Assembly (NCBI GenBank): GCA_964199315.1
Contig: OZ116706.1
Location: 29,202,001-29,266,000, forward strand
Length of the DNA stretch: 64,000 nt
Direction: 5' to 3'
DNA from: Orbicella franksi
Lineage: Eukaryota
Shown here: positions 59,501-64,000 of the stretch, piece after piece
How positions within the stretch are numbered: the first letter of the stretch is position 1
Layout: each line of letters starts with the position of its first letter
Program-made: the position numbers and the translations under genes
The notes under the pieces: model-generated
Seen by the model: only the letters and a program-made list of their open reading frames with translations
What the model was told of the DNA's origin: nothing
Databases searched by the model: none

Positions 59501-62500
59501 CTAGTCATTGCCCTCCAACATGTCCTTAACCGTTCGGTAAGTGCATCTATCCATCTCCGGTCCAATTTCTCTCAATACCTCGTCAACCAAAGCGCGTTGC
59601 TTGGGCTGCTGAGAAATGATCAGTTCACCAAACAGGTAAATTCCCATTCCCTGCAAACATGGGTAAAAGGAACAAGAATAAATTACAAAGAAAACCTTAC
59701 GTGTGAACTAACTCTTGTTCCCTATATCAAAGGTTGCACCGGGGAGGCAAGGATCCCGGGGGAGGGGGGGAGGAACTTTCACATGAAAAGGTCGGGGATG
59801 CTCGTCGTAAAATTTGAATTGAATCCCTCAAGAAGACCAATATCACAATCGAGCCTTATTTCACCCGGAACATATACCACTTTAACCTTTAATGACAGGG
59901 TTTTTATTGTTAGTCCTTCGAGTACACCCTGAAAGATACTTTGACGGTTACAAAATGTGGCATTCCTTCCTGAACATCCTAAGTGATTAATCTGTGATTA
60001 ACGAACATCTCCGACTTTTCATACGGGAGGTCCCCCCCCGCCGGGGGGGAGGTTTAGGAATCGCGCAAAGGTGAGGGCGGTTGTCACCCGGCGTCGTATG
60101 AGGGTCGAGTTTGTTTTTCCCTGCCTGGTTCCACTAATCCTATGATTATTCCAGGCAGCCAGAACTCTATTCAAAAAATAGAAAACATTTACCGTATTTT
60201 TATCAAGAAATATAAAGTACGCTTCGATAAGAATGAGAGCAAATAAAGTTTGTTGTTGTTGGTTGCTCTCGTTCTTGCTGCCAGGGTTTTCCTCGCAGTT
60301 CTTAGGTATTCTTCCCTTCACAAAACTAACGTTTCTAATCGGCCACAGGCCGCAGGTTCGTCAAGACTGTTATGTGCCGGCTTTGTTAATTTTCATTTAT
60401 TGATTTACTTTTTTTTTTTTTCATCTTATGAACACGTATGGTATCTAGAAATCATTAGCCTCTTCCAGACGTTTAGTCAGTTGGGGCGTAGCGCGAGAAA
60501 CGGCGGGGAAAAATAATTTAATGTTTCCGCTCGCCGTTTTTTGCGCTGCGCCCCAACGAAATAAACGCCTGGAAAAGGCAAAGAAATCATAAGTAGAAAA
60601 CGCATTAGCTTGGAGCAATCAACGTCTTATTTTGCTATTAACTGTTAAGAGAACAAACGTACAAGAGTGAAGAAAATCAGTAATTTAACACGTCACCAAA
60701 TTCTCTGAACTATAGTGGAAAGAAATGTAAAGCAACAAGTAAGGAGAATTCATACCTGATCCTCCACCAAAAATCTGTGGACTTCTTGGAGCGCTGGAGT
60801 GTAACTATATTGGAAGCAATGAAAACGTTACATTTTCAATCTCTCCGTGAAACAACACAGGAGTATTAAGTGATGTAATGGTACTTACTTGTGTTTTACA
60901 ACCAGTTCACACCAGCGATGTCGAATCTGCAAAATAAAATTCACCTTCAGTAACCTTCTAGTAGGCAATGTGTTTCGTTTGTGAGAATCGCTATGTCACG
61001 CAATATAAGGAGCTTTATCACGCAATATATAGTCATGTCACGTTATACCGGGATGTGCGGCGTTATATTTGTGGCTATTTCAGGGCATCTTTACAAAGTT
61101 ACAAAAAGGTTCTCTCAATTAGAAATCTTTACAACAGTTGATACAAACGGCAAAACACAGAAACAGATCAATCTCAAAATATCAAAATATATCAAATATC
61201 AAAACAGGCGGGGAAAATATACCAACCTCTGCATTTCCATTTGATAAGTTGTAGCACTTCTCTAATTGACGCAATGTGCTGTGGGATATCGTCTCTCGCT
61301 CCAAAAGCTTTTCCAGCAACAAAACAACTTGTTCTGCGACATCCTATAATTTAATTAAAAAAACCGCAATTTATTTATAGAGATTATTTTACTGAGTTTT
61401 CCACGACACACAACGCGAACCAAGACCGATTGACCGCGGCGAAATATCGAGGCCTAAGAACTAGGCGTTTGATCAATTCAGTGCGCACAGAACCGCACTG
61501 GACATGCGTGTCAACGGAATGCTACCGAATAACGTCGTCGGCATTTTTCGGGTCGAATCGTGTCAGTTTGAAAAGTGCCGACGATCTTATAACACTTAAA
61601 GTATCAAGTAGTTGTTTGCAACCATTAAACTTCCTCTTTTTCTTCTTCTTGAATTAAGGACAAAATAATTTAAGACTGTTTGAGGCAAAATGATTTTTAA
61701 CCACTCACCAATGTACTGTTTGGAGGTTTCTTCCTCTTTCTAACTTTGAGTGTCTTGTTCCGTTTGTTAACAGAGTCCTGTTTCTTCCACGTTTGAAACT
61801 GTAACAATTTGAACGCTTATTTACATACAAACCTACTTAAATGACTCAAATATGAAAACAGTAATACACCATTTTGCTCCAGTCCCTTGTGGGGGCAAAA
61901 TTTGATCTATTTAATGAATTAATGAGGCCATTTTTGGCCGAGTGACCACTTCTTGCTTCCACAAGGGAATGCAACTAGCAAATATTTGCATTAGCAAAAT
62001 GGTCTATTCAGTGACCGAGCGCTTAAGTGCAAATCACGTCTTTGCACTGTTTCTTTTTTTGGTGCTTACAAAACTATATATAATTGATTCAAAAACCACG
62101 TGTAACATGCCCCAGCCAATCCGAGCAAACATGCTGATTTTTCAGCCAATCAGCAGCCACCAACCATGACTTGACTGACGCGTGTTTTCCCGCGCTCAGC
62201 ACTCGTTGCATGTCAAAGTATCAGTATTGTTCGCGCGAAGATATAACACATAAGAACATACTAAACACTGTCACCGGGGAACTCCACAGATGCGTGTATT
62301 TCGCCGGTTTTACTTGTCAACGCTCGCCAGCTCAAGTTATTAAGCGCTTTTATACTATTTATAGCAAACCCTGGCCACGTTATAATTTCACCAAAACATT
62401 CAATGAAATGTTAATTTTAGTTCACACTTGTACAGCAAGCGCCAACAAAACGCAAGAAAACATATTTTATTTTCTTTCTACAGTTTGTGGCTCTGCTCCG

Positions 62501-63556
62501 TTTTCTCATTAGCTTTCAAATTTAGTGCCAGCGTCCCGCATGTGTCGCTGAATTCTGGGCGACCCCCTTGATTTATAATTCCAGATTAAGCATCGACACA
62601 GAATTCGTTTCAACAAACCGTTTTAACAGAAAAAAAAGTTTCAATCAAAATGATGCTTACTTCTCACAAGTAGGAGTTGACCAGATTAACGAATTAGCGT
62701 GCATCGCTGGTCAGCAGTTACCACCTACCTCGTTTTCCACTTGCGAGACAAGTTCATTGTCGGGGCTTTCAAACTTCTTCGGGAAGGACTGGGCACAAAT
62801 AAAAAGAGGTATGAATGAATTAATAGTTATCGAATATACCGGAAACAAACAAACAAACAAACAAACGTCTTTAAAGGATGTAAAATCAAACACTACCCGC
62901 TTACTTTTGGCATTCCAGCTCTTTCCAGCCATTCACGAAAAAAATTGTCTGTTGTTTCCCTGTGGAAATAAAAAAGATGAATTACAACAGCTGTCGGCAA
63001 GAAAGGAGGGTTCGAAATCAAAACAACCAACGAGCTTCTGTTCAGCGCCGGCTCCCTGTATAGCCTGACCGACTGTTTCAGTTTGATGTGGCATATGCCC
63101 ACCACGTGATAATGCATATCACGTGGTATGTGAAAATCACGTGACATGTGCATATCACGTGACAGGAGGTTCTAATTTCCCTTACCTTGGCACGTTGGAG
63201 AAACTTTCCATAAAGAATTCAAAGAAGTCCTAGAAAACACAAGATACCCAGCAACAAGTTAGACTTGAAACTTTCAGACGGATTACAGTAATGATTAAAT
63301 CATTGATAGATAGCAAACTGTGCAATATTACACTGACACTTGTTCAGTGTCAAGGATCACGTTTACAGTCACCCGGGTTCAAAAAATTAATTAGCTCTTC
63401 AGGGGCTAACTTGAATCCAAACGGTATAAATCGACAGAAACGACTCACCTCCGATGCAACAAGTTGTCCTTTGAAATGCTGGACATAGTTAAAAAGAAAC
63501 TCATCAAATTCGTCAAGACCCACCATGCTGGCCAAACGGTGAAGGAGAAAGTACCC
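59501..63556 (-). CDS. AOPEP: Aminopeptidase O (M1 family), 3' nine exons; gene continues beyond the window end
   Basis: Exons 63556-63449, 63229-63186, 62959-62905, 62788-62729, 61798-61709, 61343-61227, 60926-60889, 60804-60756 and 59650-59501, phases consistent. GYFLLHRLA...FKGQLVASE|DFFEF, EWLERAGMPK, VVLLLEKLLE, NAE|IRHRWCELVVKH, RFLVEDQ|GMGIYLFGEL and EMDR match the vertebrate AOPEP C-terminus (GYFLL..., EVRHRWCELIVKH, FLQEDQAMGVYLYGEL). Confidence 0.93.
63097..63163. promoter_or_regulatory. Cluster of four CACGTG E-boxes in an 18-bp tandem repeat (AOPEP intron)
   Basis: CACGTG at 63103, 63120, 63138 and 63156. Confidence 0.5.
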
Positions 63557-64000
63557 CTGAAAAAACAAAAGATACCAGGCTAAGGAAAATATTCTGGCGG
63601 GGTTATTTCTAAGATCTAGTGCAACCGAGACTACACTGGGCATTCACTGCATTGGCTGGGTTCTTACCAGCCGTTGTTCGGCAATCCTTCCCTATTCGGA
63701 GAGAAACGAAGACTGGGCTCGAGAAAGCGGCAGAAATTGAAGCTTGGCCTTGCCCTTCAAACAAAATTTTCGAGTTCCCTCAGACAAAACCCATTGCTGA
63801 ATTTGTCATATTTGTAAGGTGCAACTTAACTTCACGCGATCTGACAAGCTTACGTCTTTTAACGAGAATAAATAAAAAAAATCAAACCCGGCTAAAACTT
63901 CACAAGCAAGTTGTAGGTTTGGTTTACAGGAAACAATTTATGCCGTACAGTCGTCGTAAGAAGTAAACTCGTCACCACAGCACGTTTCATGAGGCAAAAC

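Noticed and set aside
59651-63448. miR-23b/27b/24-type cluster expected from the vertebrate AOPEP host gene
   Set aside because: No pre-miRNA-like hairpins with those seeds were seen in these introns; that cluster is a vertebrate feature.

Overview
AT-rich animal genomic DNA with spliceosomal introns. The repeat families and protein similarities suggest an anthozoan cnidarian such as a stony coral; this is an inference. Conserved genes reconstructed exon by exon: the 5' part of a FAXDC2-like sterol desaturase/fatty acid hydroxylase (-), RanGAP1 (+, 15 coding exons), an intronless TPP1 sedolisin (+), RRP8/nucleomethylin (-), RPS3A (+, head-to-head with RRP8), and the 3' part of aminopeptidase O (-). 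Five tRNA genes are present: 2 Asp-GTC, Pro-TGG, Pro-AGG and Ala-TGC. An accessory block from about 20 to 44 kb holds an orphan type-I membrane protein with a tyrosine-motif-rich tail. Its large intron contains two tRNA genes and a complete antisense coiled-coil gene with SxIP (EB1-binding-type) motifs. Introns and intergenic DNA are dense in MITEs, tRNA-derived SINEs, pogo, piggyBac and hAT-like relics, and a Penelope endonuclease fragment. Leading leads: the orphan receptor/adaptor with its nested SxIP gene, TPP1-RRP8 linkage shared with human 11p15.4, the compact RRP8-RPS3A divergent promoter with a TCT initiator, and a candidate alternative last exon that would remove the SUMO domain of RanGAP1. 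No CRISPR array or other prokaryotic system was seen.
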